From Allosphingosinicella sp. (GTDB lineage Bacteria > Pseudomonadota > Alphaproteobacteria > Sphingomonadales > Sphingomonadaceae): DNA of 64,000 nucleotides. The stretch spans positions 23,710 to 87,709 of the forward strand of contig DASVUZ010000062.1 of assembly GCA_036386795.1 (NCBI GenBank), given 5' to 3'. The notes below the pieces were generated by a model. It ran no database searches and had not been told where the DNA came from. It saw only the letters and a list, made by a program, of their open reading frames with translations. Below are positions 37,405-48,300 of this stretch, in pieces (position 1 is the first letter of the stretch; each line of letters begins with the position of its first letter). Both the position numbers and the translations under genes were made by a program.

Positions 37405-38766
37405 CTAAGTTGCGCGAAATTTGACTCTGTCGAGGCCATCCAGAAATGCCTGACGCGAGTCGAAAATAGTCAGGCCGGTGATGGCTTTGTGAAAGGCAAT
37501 GAAAGCAAGCCGGAAGAGTCCATCCGCAACCTCCTCTTCTGCGATGCCCGCGAGACGGTGAACGATGCCGGATCGGAAAGCATAGGCTCTCTTGTAGGTC
37601 GAGACAGCCTCAAGCCGCTCACTTTGCGTGTGTGCGGTTAGGAAGGCCACCCGATCCGCCACCGAATACTGAATTGGTTCGCTCTCGTCCCGGACGAGCA
37701 GACATTCGAGGGCGGAGATGGCACCAACGAGGCGATCGCCAGCGTCGTACCGACCGATGGCGCGGCAGAAGCCGAAGAAAGCGTGGCGAAGCCGCTCCGC
37801 GAAATCGTTCAAAGGTCGCCCATCGAAGAAATGGCCGATGTTGGCCAAGCTTCCATTGGTGAGCTGCTCGATGTCCGGCGCCGACAATTTCCACATAGCG
37901 AGGCCGGCGTGGAAGAACTCGGCTTCAGCTCCGACAAGACGAGAATCTTCGAGCCGTAGCATTTGGATCGAGGGCAACGGATCGTGTCCGAGCGGATGTA
38001 CCGGACTTGGCACAGTCGCGGAGATCGCCGCGGGTGACATGAAGCGGATCACGCCGGCGACATCCCGCGCGACTTCCAGGGCCCGGTCAGCGGCGAAGCG
38101 CTTTTCACCCAGCGTCCGCACCTCGACGGCCGCCACATTGCCGAGCTTTCGGCCAAGCTCTTCGCTGCTGCGTCCAGCATTCTCCTTGTCAGGATGGCGC
38201 TCTCGAGCGCGCTGCGCGGCCTCCTCAAACAATTCAGGTGGCACGGTGATTAGGCGAACCTCTCCGATCTTGAAGTCGTGCGCGATCTCCAGATAGGCTA
38301 GCGGGACCAGGTAAACGTGCTCTGCGTAGGCGCGGCTGCACTCATTCAGCAGGTGCGACGCGAGGCCAACCGCCGTCTTCCCCGTCGATGACGCTTGGCA
38401 CCAAGTAATCACCGCCCTCTCCAGAAATCTTCGGGAAAAGCCGCTGCGGAACGGTTGCTTCCGGCCAACATCTTCAACCAAGAGGCGCAGCTCACGATAG
38501 CCGGGACCGCTGAGCGTCATCTGCTCGGCCCCTTCATAGTAATACCAGCCGGTGGTGCGGAGGCCGGCGTCGCAAAGCTCCCCAAAGGGGTCGCTGGCAA
38601 TCGCGTGAACGACCTCAGCAGGGCGGCGGCTCTCGAAGGGTTCAGGGGGCGACGGCGGAGGCGGCCTGCGCTCGAATAGCGCGAGCAGGCGATCACCTCG
38701 GCGATCGAACGACGCTGCCGCCTTTGGATGGAGCGCCTGCGCATCGAAGGAGGCTCCGTTGCTCAT
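37405..38766 (-). CDS. Apea-like HEPN domain protein
   Basis: C-terminal ISALECLL...ADRVAFL...AYAFRSGIVH (R-x4-H). Confidence 0.75.
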   Translation of the reverse strand: MSNGASFDAQALHPKAAASFDRRGDRLLALFERRPPPPSPPEPFESRRPAEVVHAIASDPFGELCDAGLRTTGWYYYEGAEQMTLSGPGYRELRLLVEDVGRKQPFRSGFSRRFLERAVITWCQASSTGKTAVGLASHLLNECSRAYAEHVYLVPLAYLEIAHDFKIGEVRLITVPPELFEEAAQRARERHPDKENAGRSSEELGRKLGNVAAVEVRTLGEKRFAADRALEVARDVAGVIRFMSPAAISATVPSPVHPLGHDPLPSIQMLRLEDSRLVGAEAEFFHAGLAMWKLSAPDIEQLTNGSLANIGHFFDGRPLNDFAERLRHAFFGFCRAIGRYDAGDRLVGAISALECLLVRDESEPIQYSVADRVAFLTAHTQSERLEAVSTYKRAYAFRSGIVHRLAGIAEEEVADGLFRLAFIAFHKAITGLTIFDSRQAFLDGLDRVKFRAT

Positions 38767-38854
38767 CGGAAGAGCCTCTACTGGCGCAACGCCTCAGCTC
38801 AAAGGCCCGATGCATCTGACATCGATCGGTCGACGTTGAGGCTTGCCGTGCCTC

Positions 38855-39058
38855 CTAGCGAATACCACGCCGCGACAGGACTTTTGCAGCCTGGATCAGA
38901 GAGGCAGCGTCCTGGCACGCTTGGTCGAGGTCGCTGAGCCTCAGCTCCACCTCCCGTTCGGTCGCTGGCATTGGTGTCAGCGCAACGGGGCCGTTGTCTT
39001 CCATGATGATGCCGACGGCTGCGCTGAGCCGTTCCACCAATTCGTTCGCTTCAGCCAC
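38855..39058 (-). CDS. Small hypothetical protein
   Basis: 67 aa, helical composition. Confidence 0.4.
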   Translation of the reverse strand: MAEANELVERLSAAVGIIMEDNGPVALTPMPATEREVELRLSDLDQACQDAASLIQAAKVLSRRGIR

Positions 39059-39175
39059 GCGGTCCTCCTGCTCCAGAGGCCAGGCTCGCGCCTGCCCCGC
39101 CTAGATATATGAACCTCATATACCGTTTGCGCGCGTGTAGGGAAGCCACCACTTCAATTTCCTGCGCGGGGGCGG

Positions 39176-39433
39176 GTGGCGAGATCCACACATTCGGAGC
39201 CGTACAAGCTCCTGCTCGAGATGCTGATTGAGGCGCGGATGCGGGCCGGCGTGACTCAGGTCGAGCTTGCTGCTCGCCTTGGTCGACCCCAGCCCTTTAT
39301 CTCCTTCGTCGAGCGTGGCGAGCGCCGCGTCGACGTGATCGAGTTTTACGCGATCATGAAGGCGCTCGGCGCCGACCCGGAGCTGACCTTCCGGGAGCTG
39401 ATCGGGAAGCTGCCCGACAGGCTCGAAATTTGA
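39176..39433 (+). CDS. XRE-family HTH regulator
   Basis: EAR..AGVTQVELAARLGRPQ.FIS.VERGERRVDVIEF. Confidence 0.9.
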   Translation: MARSTHSEPYKLLLEMLIEARMRAGVTQVELAARLGRPQPFISFVERGERRVDVIEFYAIMKALGADPELTFRELIGKLPDRLEI

Positions 39434-39449
39434 CGACCGATACCCGCCC

Positions 39450-39548
39450 TTGTGGGTACATATGGGGGAACGCCTCCGGCTCTCCACCAGATAGTTTAGC
39501 GATTACGGTGTCTTAGGCCGCCTGGATTGGCAGACAATGCCTCCGCCA
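39450..39548 (+). other. Internal arm-type site and degenerate att copy (relic element end)
   Basis: TTGTGGGTACATATGGGGGAAC (17/22 to the left arm site), then GCCTCCGCCA at 39539-39548 (9/10 to the tRNA 3' end). Confidence 0.5.
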
Positions 39549-39839
39549 TAGGCTGAAATGGCCGAGAGCTAAAAGTCCGCTTCAAACGGCGAAGGCTCGA
39601 CAGTAGCCATTTGCGTGGCGCGATAAATAGTCGGTAGGGTGCTGTCAGTCCAATGCGAGCCCCTTTTTTAGTAATGCGGGGCAGCCTTGTGAGGGCGCGC
39701 CTGAGCTCGCGATATACTGCCACTCAGCTATGAGGCGGGTGCACAAAGCATCCTATGCCAACACGCTGTTTTGAGTGGTCAAGGATAGCCCGACCCTACC
39801 ACTAGCCGGGGACGGTCAATCCGCCGCGGCGGATCTGGG

Positions 39840-40979
39840 TCAACTGATGGGCCGGGCTCGGCCCACCTGCGCCTCGTCGCCTTCGAGTCGGACCACCCAG
39901 CTGCCGGCGCCATCCTCGCCAGCGCGGCGGGGCATGGCGCCAGGCGTATCGCTGGGACTATCGGCCGTTTTTAGAGGCTTTGGCAGGCGGCCGTCGATCG
40001 CGTCGCTGATCGAGTGGCGCTCGATGCCGACAAAAGTCGGCTTGAGCGCCAGCCGCGCCAAGGCTTCCTGATCGGCGATCGACAGGTCAGTTTCCCCGAG
40101 CGGCCCACCCTTGGTTACAAAGCCACCGATCACCTCGTCGTCAGGCGCACCTTGGGCGCGATTGACACGATAGGTCTCGGTGCGGTCCAGCGCGCCGCGC
40201 GCTGTCTCAGCCGCCGCCTCGCGGCGGTTTTTAAATCGCTCCCGGATCAGCCCGTGAATCGGCTTGGCGAGCTGCTTATGGCCCAGCGCATCGAGTAGGC
40301 TCGCTATGTGCCAGCGAGCGATCCCCAGTGCCAGGGCCTCGACCTCCTCGGGCGCGATCGCTCCTTCCTCGTCGGGATCGTGCACCCAAAGCATCGGCTG
40401 GCTAGCGATGGGTGTCGAAAATCCCCAGCGCGTGGCGATGGCGAAGCGCTTGAAAGGCGCCAGGGCAGCCCCGGCCCTGATCTCGGCGCGCTGCGCCTGG
40501 GAATAGGCGCGGGCCAAGGCCGCCTCGGGGCCTTTCGGATGATGGCAGCCCTTGGCCTCGACGATCGCCATGCCGGGGGCCACGCCCCAGGCGACCCAGT
40601 CAGGCATGTCGCCGTTCGCTCCCGCGACACGGTGGAGCGCACCGTGCAGGTGCCCGGTCAGCGTCATCGGCGGTTTGCGGACATGGGTGAAGTGCGTCAG
40701 CCCAAGGAACTTCGTCGCATAGGCGCGGGCGACGAACCGGCCGAACAATCCGGATATCGCCGTCTTCACCTCGCGGGCATGGCCAAGCTGCTGGGCAAAG
40801 GTGAAAGTCGAGGCAGCGGGATCGAGCAGAGCGTCGAGGATCTTCCAGTTGCCCACCGCGGCGCCGGGCGTCTGCAAGATCTCGAGTAGCCCAGCATCCT
40901 CGATTTCCCGAACTGTCAGGTCGATCGTCGAAGCCGTGCTCGCGGTCGGTGTGCTGAAGCGATGGGCAAAATTCGGCAT
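39840..40979 (-). CDS. Putative PD-(D/E)xK nuclease
   Basis: MPDWVAW...AIVEAKG; start chosen at ATG 40979 (frame is open to 41105). Confidence 0.65.
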   Translation of the reverse strand: MPNFAHRFSTPTASTASTIDLTVREIEDAGLLEILQTPGAAVGNWKILDALLDPAASTFTFAQQLGHAREVKTAISGLFGRFVARAYATKFLGLTHFTHVRKPPMTLTGHLHGALHRVAGANGDMPDWVAWGVAPGMAIVEAKGCHHPKGPEAALARAYSQAQRAEIRAGAALAPFKRFAIATRWGFSTPIASQPMLWVHDPDEEGAIAPEEVEALALGIARWHIASLLDALGHKQLAKPIHGLIRERFKNRREAAAETARGALDRTETYRVNRAQGAPDDEVIGGFVTKGGPLGETDLSIADQEALARLALKPTFVGIERHSISDAIDGRLPKPLKTADSPSDTPGAMPRRAGEDGAGSWVVRLEGDEAQVGRARPIS

Positions 40980-41181
40980 AAGCCCACATCGCACCAAAGC
41001 AAGGTGAGGCCAAACCGAGATTGGTCGAGTATAGGCACGGGCGCCCGCGGCGGATAGTCGCCTCCCAACAATCCCCTCCGCCATCAACACTGGCGCAGCT
41101 AGCAAGGCCTCCTAAATAGGATCGAAAGAATAGAGCGGTGCCGTGCCGGAAAATCGCGGCATCAAACCCGGGGATGCCAGG

Positions 41182-44100
41182 ATGAAGTGGATCACGACCG
41201 CGCAGCTCGACGCATGGGGACGGACAAGAACGTCAGAGACCGAGCTCCCGGGCATGATCTCCGATCTTGTCCGCGCGACAGCGCCAGACATCACCGCAAT
41301 CCGCTTTCCGACCGGTGAGAAGGGCCAGGTCCGTGGCTTCGACGGCGTGCTCGACAGCTCGGTCGAGGTCCTGAATGTTCCACAGGGAAGATCCTATTGG
41401 GAGTTCGGCACCGAGGCGGGTCACCAGGCCAAGGCACTCAAAGACTTCAAAAAGCGCACCGACCAGGTCAGCGCCACCGATCAAGCGGAGGCGACGTTGG
41501 TTCTCGTCACCCCCTTCACCTGGGATTCCTCCGATTCAAAAAACAAGATCGAGGATTGGGAAAAGGCCCGCAAGAAGGAGTCCGAATGGAAGAAGGTCAA
41601 GCTGATCGACGGGGCGCAGCTTGAGGACTGGCTCGCCGAATGCCCCGCAGTGTCGGCCTGGCACGCGAAGAACACTCTTCGGGTCGCCCCGCGGGAGGGC
41701 GTGCGCAGCACGGATGATTATTGGTTTGATTTCGCGGACCGATTCGACCCCCGGCTGATCGAGGAAATGCTCCTCGCCGAGCGCGAACGTCAGGTCGACG
41801 AACTGCTGACCGGCTTGATGGGCCCGCCCCAGCCGCTGCGCTTTATCGCCGATTCGCCAGACGAGGTGACTGCGTTCGCGGTGGCCGCAATCCGCTCGGC
41901 AAAACCCGAGGTGAAGCTGTTCCTCGAAGCGCGGACGCTAGTCGTCGACACTTCCGACGCCGCGCGCGAGCTGGCGGGCAAATCCAATCTGGTATTCCTG
42001 GTCCGCGGCGAAGCGGCGCGCGCGCCGGGTCAGCTCGGCGACACTGGCCCGACCCTCGTGCCGCTCGGCCGGCAACAGGCCGTTAAAAAGGGCACCCTGC
42101 TCGAACGCCCCAGCAGCTTCGCCATGGCGAACGCGCTTGCCAAGATGAACCAGCCCCAGGCCCGCGCGGAGGCGCTTGCCAAGGGCTGCGGCCGCAGCCT
42201 CACCGCGCTTGCCCGGCAAATCCCCGGTGGCACCTGCGAAGTGCCGGATTGGGTCGAGCATGCGCAATTGCTGCTTCCCGCCATCCTTGCCGGGGGATGG
42301 GACAGTACCAACCCGCTCGATCAAGCCGTGGTGACCACGCTCGCCGGCGCCAGCAGCTATACTAATTATGAAAGCAGGATTCGCGGCTTCGTCGAAGGTT
42401 CGGACCCGGCGCTAGATCGCGAAGGCACGGTCTACAAAGTGCGCGCCCCGATGGACGCGTTCGTACATGCCGGCCACCACATTGGCCGCGAACATTTGGC
42501 GCTCCTCCGGCCGGTGCTCGAGCAGGTATTCAGCGTGCTTGATCCCGACCCCGATCCCGACGAGTCGTTTCGCTTTGGCGCGGAACGGGTGCCGCGATAC
42601 AGCGACTGGCTGCGCGATGGCCTCGCCAACACGCTGCTTTTGATCGCGCTCTGGCAGGACACCGCGCGGCTCGATTTGACCCCAGGAGAGGGGCAGGCGT
42701 TCGCCGATAAAGCCATTGGCGAGCTTCCGGGTCTCAAGACCAACGCCAGGCTCCTCACAAGTCTCAAAAACGAGCTGCCAATTCTGGCGGAGGCAGCCCC
42801 AGATGTTTTTCTGTCGGCCCTCGAGCACATGCTCGAGGGCGAGGGAGCAGCGATCCGCCCGATCTTTGATGAGGTTTATGGTCTGTCCTTCCGAACCTCG
42901 CGCCACACCGGGGTGCTATGGGCATTGGAGACGCTTGCCTGGGATTCGCGGCGGCTACGGCGCGTAGCGCTGATCCTGGCGCGCCTCGCCGAGATCGACC
43001 CCGGCGGCCGGCTGGCCAATCGTCCCGATGCGAGCCTTGCCGATATCTTCCTGCCCTGGCATCCCGGCACGCATGCGCCGGCCGATGCTCGGCTTTCGGT
43101 TGTCGACGATATCATCGCGTCGCACCCGCAGGTGGGATGGAAGCTGCTGCTCCGGTTACTGCCCGACGAGATGCGCATCACAAGCGGCACGGCGCGGCCG
43201 CGCTTGCGCGAGTCGGACGTCCCGGCACCAGCAGTGACGCATCACGACCTGGCCCTCGCCTATGATGCGCTAATCACCCGGGCGATCGCGGCGGCGGCGG
43301 GCGATCCGGCGCGCATGCAGGAACTGCTGCGGCCGATGATGCGGTTCGCGCCACAACAGCGGGCGGCGGCGCTCCGGGCGCTGGACGATACGCTCGCCAG
43401 CGCCACTGGTGAGGTTCGCGAACAGCTCTGGACCGGGTTGCGCAGCACGTTGCGGCAACACGAACGGTTTCCGGACGCTGATTGGTCGCTTCCGACCGTG
43501 GAGCTTGCCGAGGTACGCCGCATCGTCGGTGCCTATGCGCCCGCCGATCCGGTCGTGTCGGTCGCTGAGCTGTTCGATGTCCGCGCGCTTGAGCGCGACG
43601 ATGCTGCCGCCGCTGCTGAGCGCGCGCGTGTGGTCGAGAAGCTATATCTCGAGCAGGGCTCCGAGGCGGTGCTCGCGCTCGCCGGCACCGCACGGATGTG
43701 GCATCTCGTGGTGCGCGCGATTGAGGACAGTGGGCTCGACACCGCGCAGGTAGAGACGTTGCTCCGGAAGAGCTTCGCTGCAGAGCCGGGTGGGTCGCTC
43801 GCAACCGCGCTCGCCTCGGTCTACCGCCGCCGCACCGACGAGGCCGCGGCGCTCCTGCTAGTGAAGGAGCTCCACTGCGCCTCCGGCAACGACGATGCCA
43901 CCGCCGCGTTGCTGTTTGCCTGGCCAGACGAGCAAGAGACCTGGCAGGCGCTACCCAAGATCGGGACCGGCGTGGAGGATAGCTATTGGCGCCACGTGAA
44001 GCCCTTCTGGATCGAGGGATCCCCACCGCTGCTGGTCGAGCGAGTGACGCGCCTACTCGAATATGGACGGGCGATCGCTGGCCTCGAATCGGCGCTGAAC

Positions 44101-44922
44101 CGGCTGGTCGACATTCCGACCGATCTGCTGTTCCGGCTGCTCGATGCGATTGTAGACGAGATCAACAGCGGGACTGCGCAGAGCATGGTAGCGGGCATGC
44201 TGGACTATGATCTCGAACAAGCCTTCCGTGCTCTCGATGCCCGCGATGCAGATGCCCTTGAGATCGGCAAGCGGGAATATGCCTTGCTGCCGCTGCTCGA
44301 ACGACAGGAGCGGCCGCTTCGCCTGCACGGCCTGATGCTCGCGGATCCGGAGTTGTTCCACAGTATCGTACGCGACGTCTATCGCGGCGACAACGACCCG
44401 CCGCCGGATGAAGCAAAGCTCGACCCGGCCGAGCGGGGCCGCTGGCGTCAGGCATATCGATTGCTCTCGAGTCTCGACCGGACCCCCGGCTTCCTGTCGG
44501 ATTCACCGGATCACGGCGTGCTGACGGCATGGATCGACCGGGTCCGCGAGCTCGGGCGCCAACATGAGCGCGCTGAGGTGACCGACGTCGTGATCGGGCA
44601 GGTCCTAGCCCATGCGCCGCAGGACGATGCGGATGGGGCATGGCCGCACCGCTTTGTTCGAAATGAGATCGAACGCGCCGCGAGCGATGAACTGGAACGA
44701 GGCATCCAAACTGAGCGATTCAACATGCGCGGCGTCACGACGCGCGGCATGTATGATGGCGGCGATCAAGAGCGCGTGCTGGCCGACGAATATCAGGGCC
44801 ATGCGCGCGCCAGTCATCGCTGGCCGCGGACGGCGGATATGCTGGAGCGCATGGCCGCCGGGTGGGCGCGCGATGCCGAGCGCCAGGATTTGGAAGCCCG
44901 GCAGCGGCGGCTGAGGAGCTAG
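41182..44922 (+). CDS. Large putative defence protein: N-terminal nuclease-like domain, degenerate NTPase-like region, helical repeats
   Basis: 1246 aa from ATG 41182; IRFP.G...GFDG...YWEFGT; no intact Walker A (FIADSPDE at the expected place); long helical C-terminus. Confidence 0.6.
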   Translation: MKWITTAQLDAWGRTRTSETELPGMISDLVRATAPDITAIRFPTGEKGQVRGFDGVLDSSVEVLNVPQGRSYWEFGTEAGHQAKALKDFKKRTDQVSATDQAEATLVLVTPFTWDSSDSKNKIEDWEKARKKESEWKKVKLIDGAQLEDWLAECPAVSAWHAKNTLRVAPREGVRSTDDYWFDFADRFDPRLIEEMLLAERERQVDELLTGLMGPPQPLRFIADSPDEVTAFAVAAIRSAKPEVKLFLEARTLVVDTSDAARELAGKSNLVFLVRGEAARAPGQLGDTGPTLVPLGRQQAVKKGTLLERPSSFAMANALAKMNQPQARAEALAKGCGRSLTALARQIPGGTCEVPDWVEHAQLLLPAILAGGWDSTNPLDQAVVTTLAGASSYTNYESRIRGFVEGSDPALDREGTVYKVRAPMDAFVHAGHHIGREHLALLRPVLEQVFSVLDPDPDPDESFRFGAERVPRYSDWLRDGLANTLLLIALWQDTARLDLTPGEGQAFADKAIGELPGLKTNARLLTSLKNELPILAEAAPDVFLSALEHMLEGEGAAIRPIFDEVYGLSFRTSRHTGVLWALETLAWDSRRLRRVALILARLAEIDPGGRLANRPDASLADIFLPWHPGTHAPADARLSVVDDIIASHPQVGWKLLLRLLPDEMRITSGTARPRLRESDVPAPAVTHHDLALAYDALITRAIAAAAGDPARMQELLRPMMRFAPQQRAAALRALDDTLASATGEVREQLWTGLRSTLRQHERFPDADWSLPTVELAEVRRIVGAYAPADPVVSVAELFDVRALERDDAAAAAERARVVEKLYLEQGSEAVLALAGTARMWHLVVRAIEDSGLDTAQVETLLRKSFAAEPGGSLATALASVYRRRTDEAAALLLVKELHCASGNDDATAALLFAWPDEQETWQALPKIGTGVEDSYWRHVKPFWIEGSPPLLVERVTRLLEYGRAIAGLESALNRLVDIPTDLLFRLLDAIVDEINSGTAQSMVAGMLDYDLEQAFRALDARDADALEIGKREYALLPLLERQERPLRLHGLMLADPELFHSIVRDVYRGDNDPPPDEAKLDPAERGRWRQAYRLLSSLDRTPGFLSDSPDHGVLTAWIDRVRELGRQHERAEVTDVVIGQVLAHAPQDDADGAWPHRFVRNEIERAASDELERGIQTERFNMRGVTTRGMYDGGDQERVLADEYQGHARASHRWPRTADMLERMAAGWARDAERQDLEARQRRLRS

Positions 44923-45389
44923 CTCTTTCCGCTGTCGTACGATGATCCAAGCCGCCGGGCGCCAGTCCTGCGCGCTCGCGGCTTGCCGCGTGGGCAGCAG
45001 ACTCCGGGCCGGGGCGCGCATGGATCGGCGCCTGTTTGGCGGAACGCCAGCTTTTAGGATCGACGCTTAAATCGTCGACCGGGCAATTGGGTGCAAAGTG
45101 GACATTGAACGCGCGGTGATGCGACCCAGTCGCTTACGGAGAGAGGTAGGCAGACACCACGTCTGCCATGGTTGAATTTAGCCGATCGCGGAGGGGCAGC
45201 TCGCAGGCGATCAGGGGTTAGCGGACCTGGGTTCAGCTAGATGCATAAGCTGCCTGGGACCCACAAGTAGGCGTTCCCGTCGGCGGCGAGGAAGCCTAGT
45301 AGGGTGAGCTCGCTTGGCAGCCCTGCACTGACACCACCTCGGGCGTGGAGCTATCGTCTTCGCTCAGGAATCCGCCTTCCGCGTCTTGG

Positions 45390-48300
45390 CTACGGAGCCA
45401 GATTTTGTCGCCGCCGCTTTCTTGCTCGCGGGGCCCTGTTTGACCGCCGCTTAGCTGCGCGGTCTAGTGCCGCGACGTCGAGCACGACAATGTCGGTGCG
45501 CGCGCGCAACTCCGGCGACAAGTCCGCCTCGAGTAACGCCGCAAGCTCCTGCCCGGAGGTCGGCACCACTCCATCCCTGCGAGCGGGCGGGGGTGCGACA
45601 TCGCCGAACCAGAAGATGAGCAACACTCCGTAGCCATCGGCACCCTCGTCAGCAACATAGCCTTGAAGTTGGCCTTCAGCCGCGTGCCAAAGGTCAGAAT
45701 GGTAATGGCGTTTCGCTTCGATCGGCAGGTTACGAGAGGCGCCTGATACGATGAGAACATCGGCACGGCTGTCGTCACGGCGCTGCGCTTCAGGGAGCGC
45801 GACAGCAATCCGGTACTTCACAAGCCGGTCATGAAGCCGGGTCAACGTGATGTCGCGCGCAATGTTCTCGATCTTGGGCGTCGTCGGTTTTCCATGCGCG
45901 TCGGTATTCCAATAGTCACGCCATGGGCTAGTGGCGCCCGTGCGCAGCTCCCGCGCGAACCGCCGCAGCTCGTTGACGACGACCGCCCGCAAATCCGCGG
46001 CGTTGACGGGAGCGCGACCCGCAAGCGCCTCGGCGACCGCCGCCGCATCAGGGGGGAGAAACTCAGCGTCACGCCGGGCGCGGCCCTGCTGCTCGGCCGC
46101 ATGCTTTAGAGCTGCATCCCATTTAGGATAGGCGGTGAGCTTAGCCTTCAGCGCGGCGATCGCGGCGGTAGCGTCGGGCGTGGCTAGCGCAGCGAGCCGA
46201 TTGAGGAAGGCGTTGCCGGCGTCGCTCTGGCGGTGTGATTGCAGAACCCGGCCGCTGCGCCGCTCGACATAGGGCTCCGCATGAGGCGCCACAAGTGCGA
46301 ACATTCCGGCCGCAATCGCCACCTGCTCCACGCCACTGCCGCGTGGAAAAACGTCGATCAGCCGGGTGCCCGATATCCCGTCGCACAAGGCGAGCAGATC
46401 CGCGTCGTCATTGCCAGACAGTGGATCACGGCCGCCGAGGGGGTCGAGCGCGAACAAGGTGAGGCCCCAGATCGCCCGCTGCTTTGCGGGCAGTGCCGAG
46501 CCGGCGAGAGCCGCGGCAGCGATTCCAGCCAGCGCGGCCCGGTCTAGGTGCTTTGCGGCCACCGCGATCAGGGTGCGCAGCGTGTCGGGCGGGAGCGCGG
46601 GATGGCGGGTCAGCATCGCCGCGCTCGCGAGCGCCACCGCTTTTCCGCCCCCATCGTCGCCGGCCTGATGCCAGTGGTTGCTGTGCCCGCCATGGGCGAG
46701 GATCGCCTCCCAGTAGCTCTCGAGGGCGGCGGCGCCGGCGACCGGGTCCAGGTTGAGTCGGTCCCAGGCCCAGCGCTCGAGGGCCTCGCGCGACCCGCTG
46801 GGGTGGGTGATCCAGCCGCTGCGCAGCACGATTATCGCGAGCGTGAGCGGCAGCGTAAGGAGGTCATAGTCGCCTTCCGACCGGAGCCGGTCCAATCCGG
46901 CCATCGCGGCATATTCGGAATAAAAATGGCCTCCCTTCGCCTCGAACTGGCCAAGTGTTTCGGGATGGACACCGGGAGTGTCGGCAGTCGCGAGGACGCG
47001 CCAGCCGGTTAGGATGGCGTCGAGCACCGCATCGTCGCTTTCGGCGGCGACTCGCTCCAGCCCCGACTGAGCGGCTTCCTTCTTGTCGCGCGGGTGGAAA
47101 TAGATTTCGGCAGCCCAGGCGAGCGTCGACTTGTAAAGCGCGCTGGCGATGCCGGCGATGTTACGCCGGAGCGTAGCGAGCTGCTTCGAGCGACGCTTTG
47201 CTTCGGCCTGACCGGTCTGACGCGCCCGCGTATACTGGCGCATCCGCCAGCGTTCGATGTCGACGACAGTGAGCTCGCGCAGCAGCCGCTTGCCGCTGCG
47301 CCGCATCGATTCGAGAAATGCGAATAGGCGCCAGTAAGCGTCCTGGCCAACATCGTAGCGCCGTGCGAGGTTCACCGCGATCGCGAGCGGACGTCGTTGA
47401 ATTGCGCCCTTCGCCTCCGCCGCGCGCGTCACGAGATGGTCGAGGATCTGGCCGTTCGGCGAGCCAGCGACCATGATATAGTAGGTGCCGATCATCCACG
47501 GGCCCTCGGCCGGATCGTCGGTCCCGAGGATCGATTCGAACAAGGCTAGCTCGCGCGACGGATTCGCCTTCAGCCATTCGGCCACGGCCGGCCGGGTGGC
47601 GTTGCGGAGATTGGTCCATTTGTCTTCGCGAGCGTGGACTAGCCAGCGCCACAATCGCGGCGCATCGAGGTCCGGGGTGCCGCGGATCGCAGCAGCAAGA
47701 GCATGGTCGAGAAGGTCCTCGACCTCGACGTCATGCCGACGCCCGCGCTCGGATGACAGCCAATCAAGCGGCGCATCGAACAGCGCCGGGCGCGGGTGCG
47801 CGACGAGGAAGCTGCGTAGGCCGTAAAGGCGCATGATCACATTATCATCGGGCAGTCGTACGAAATCGCCGATTAGGCTGGTGAGGTCGGCGAGGGTGAT
47901 CAGCTCGGGGGGCATCGCGCTCAATAACTCGGCGCGCACGGCCTCGCGCGCGGCCGAACGCGGCTCGGCGGAGAGCGCGTCGAAGAGGTCGCGGCGCGCT
48001 GCAGCGGGATCCGCCTGACCGTTAAGCCAAGCGTCGGTGGCCCGGGTGCGCTGCCACTCTGGCCGGGCCGGATCGAGGGCGATGGCTCGCAAGCGAGGTT
48101 TGAGCGACGCCACCGGCGGGCCGGCGCCGAGCACCTCATAGACCGTCATCATGCGGTGGGTGCCGTCGCCCTTTTCGATTGCGTGCGCTAGATCCTCGCT
48201 CAACTCCTCGCAGGCGAGCCCGCCGACCGACGTGGTGCCAACGTCTGAGGCGCGAAAATAGGGGTCGTGACGGTCAAGGTTGGCCAGCATTGCTCGCTTG

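Noticed and set aside
41069-41083. CAATCCCCTCCGCCA as another att remnant
   Set aside because: Only a 9-bp match to the tRNA end, no adjacent arm-like site; plausible by chance in GC-rich DNA
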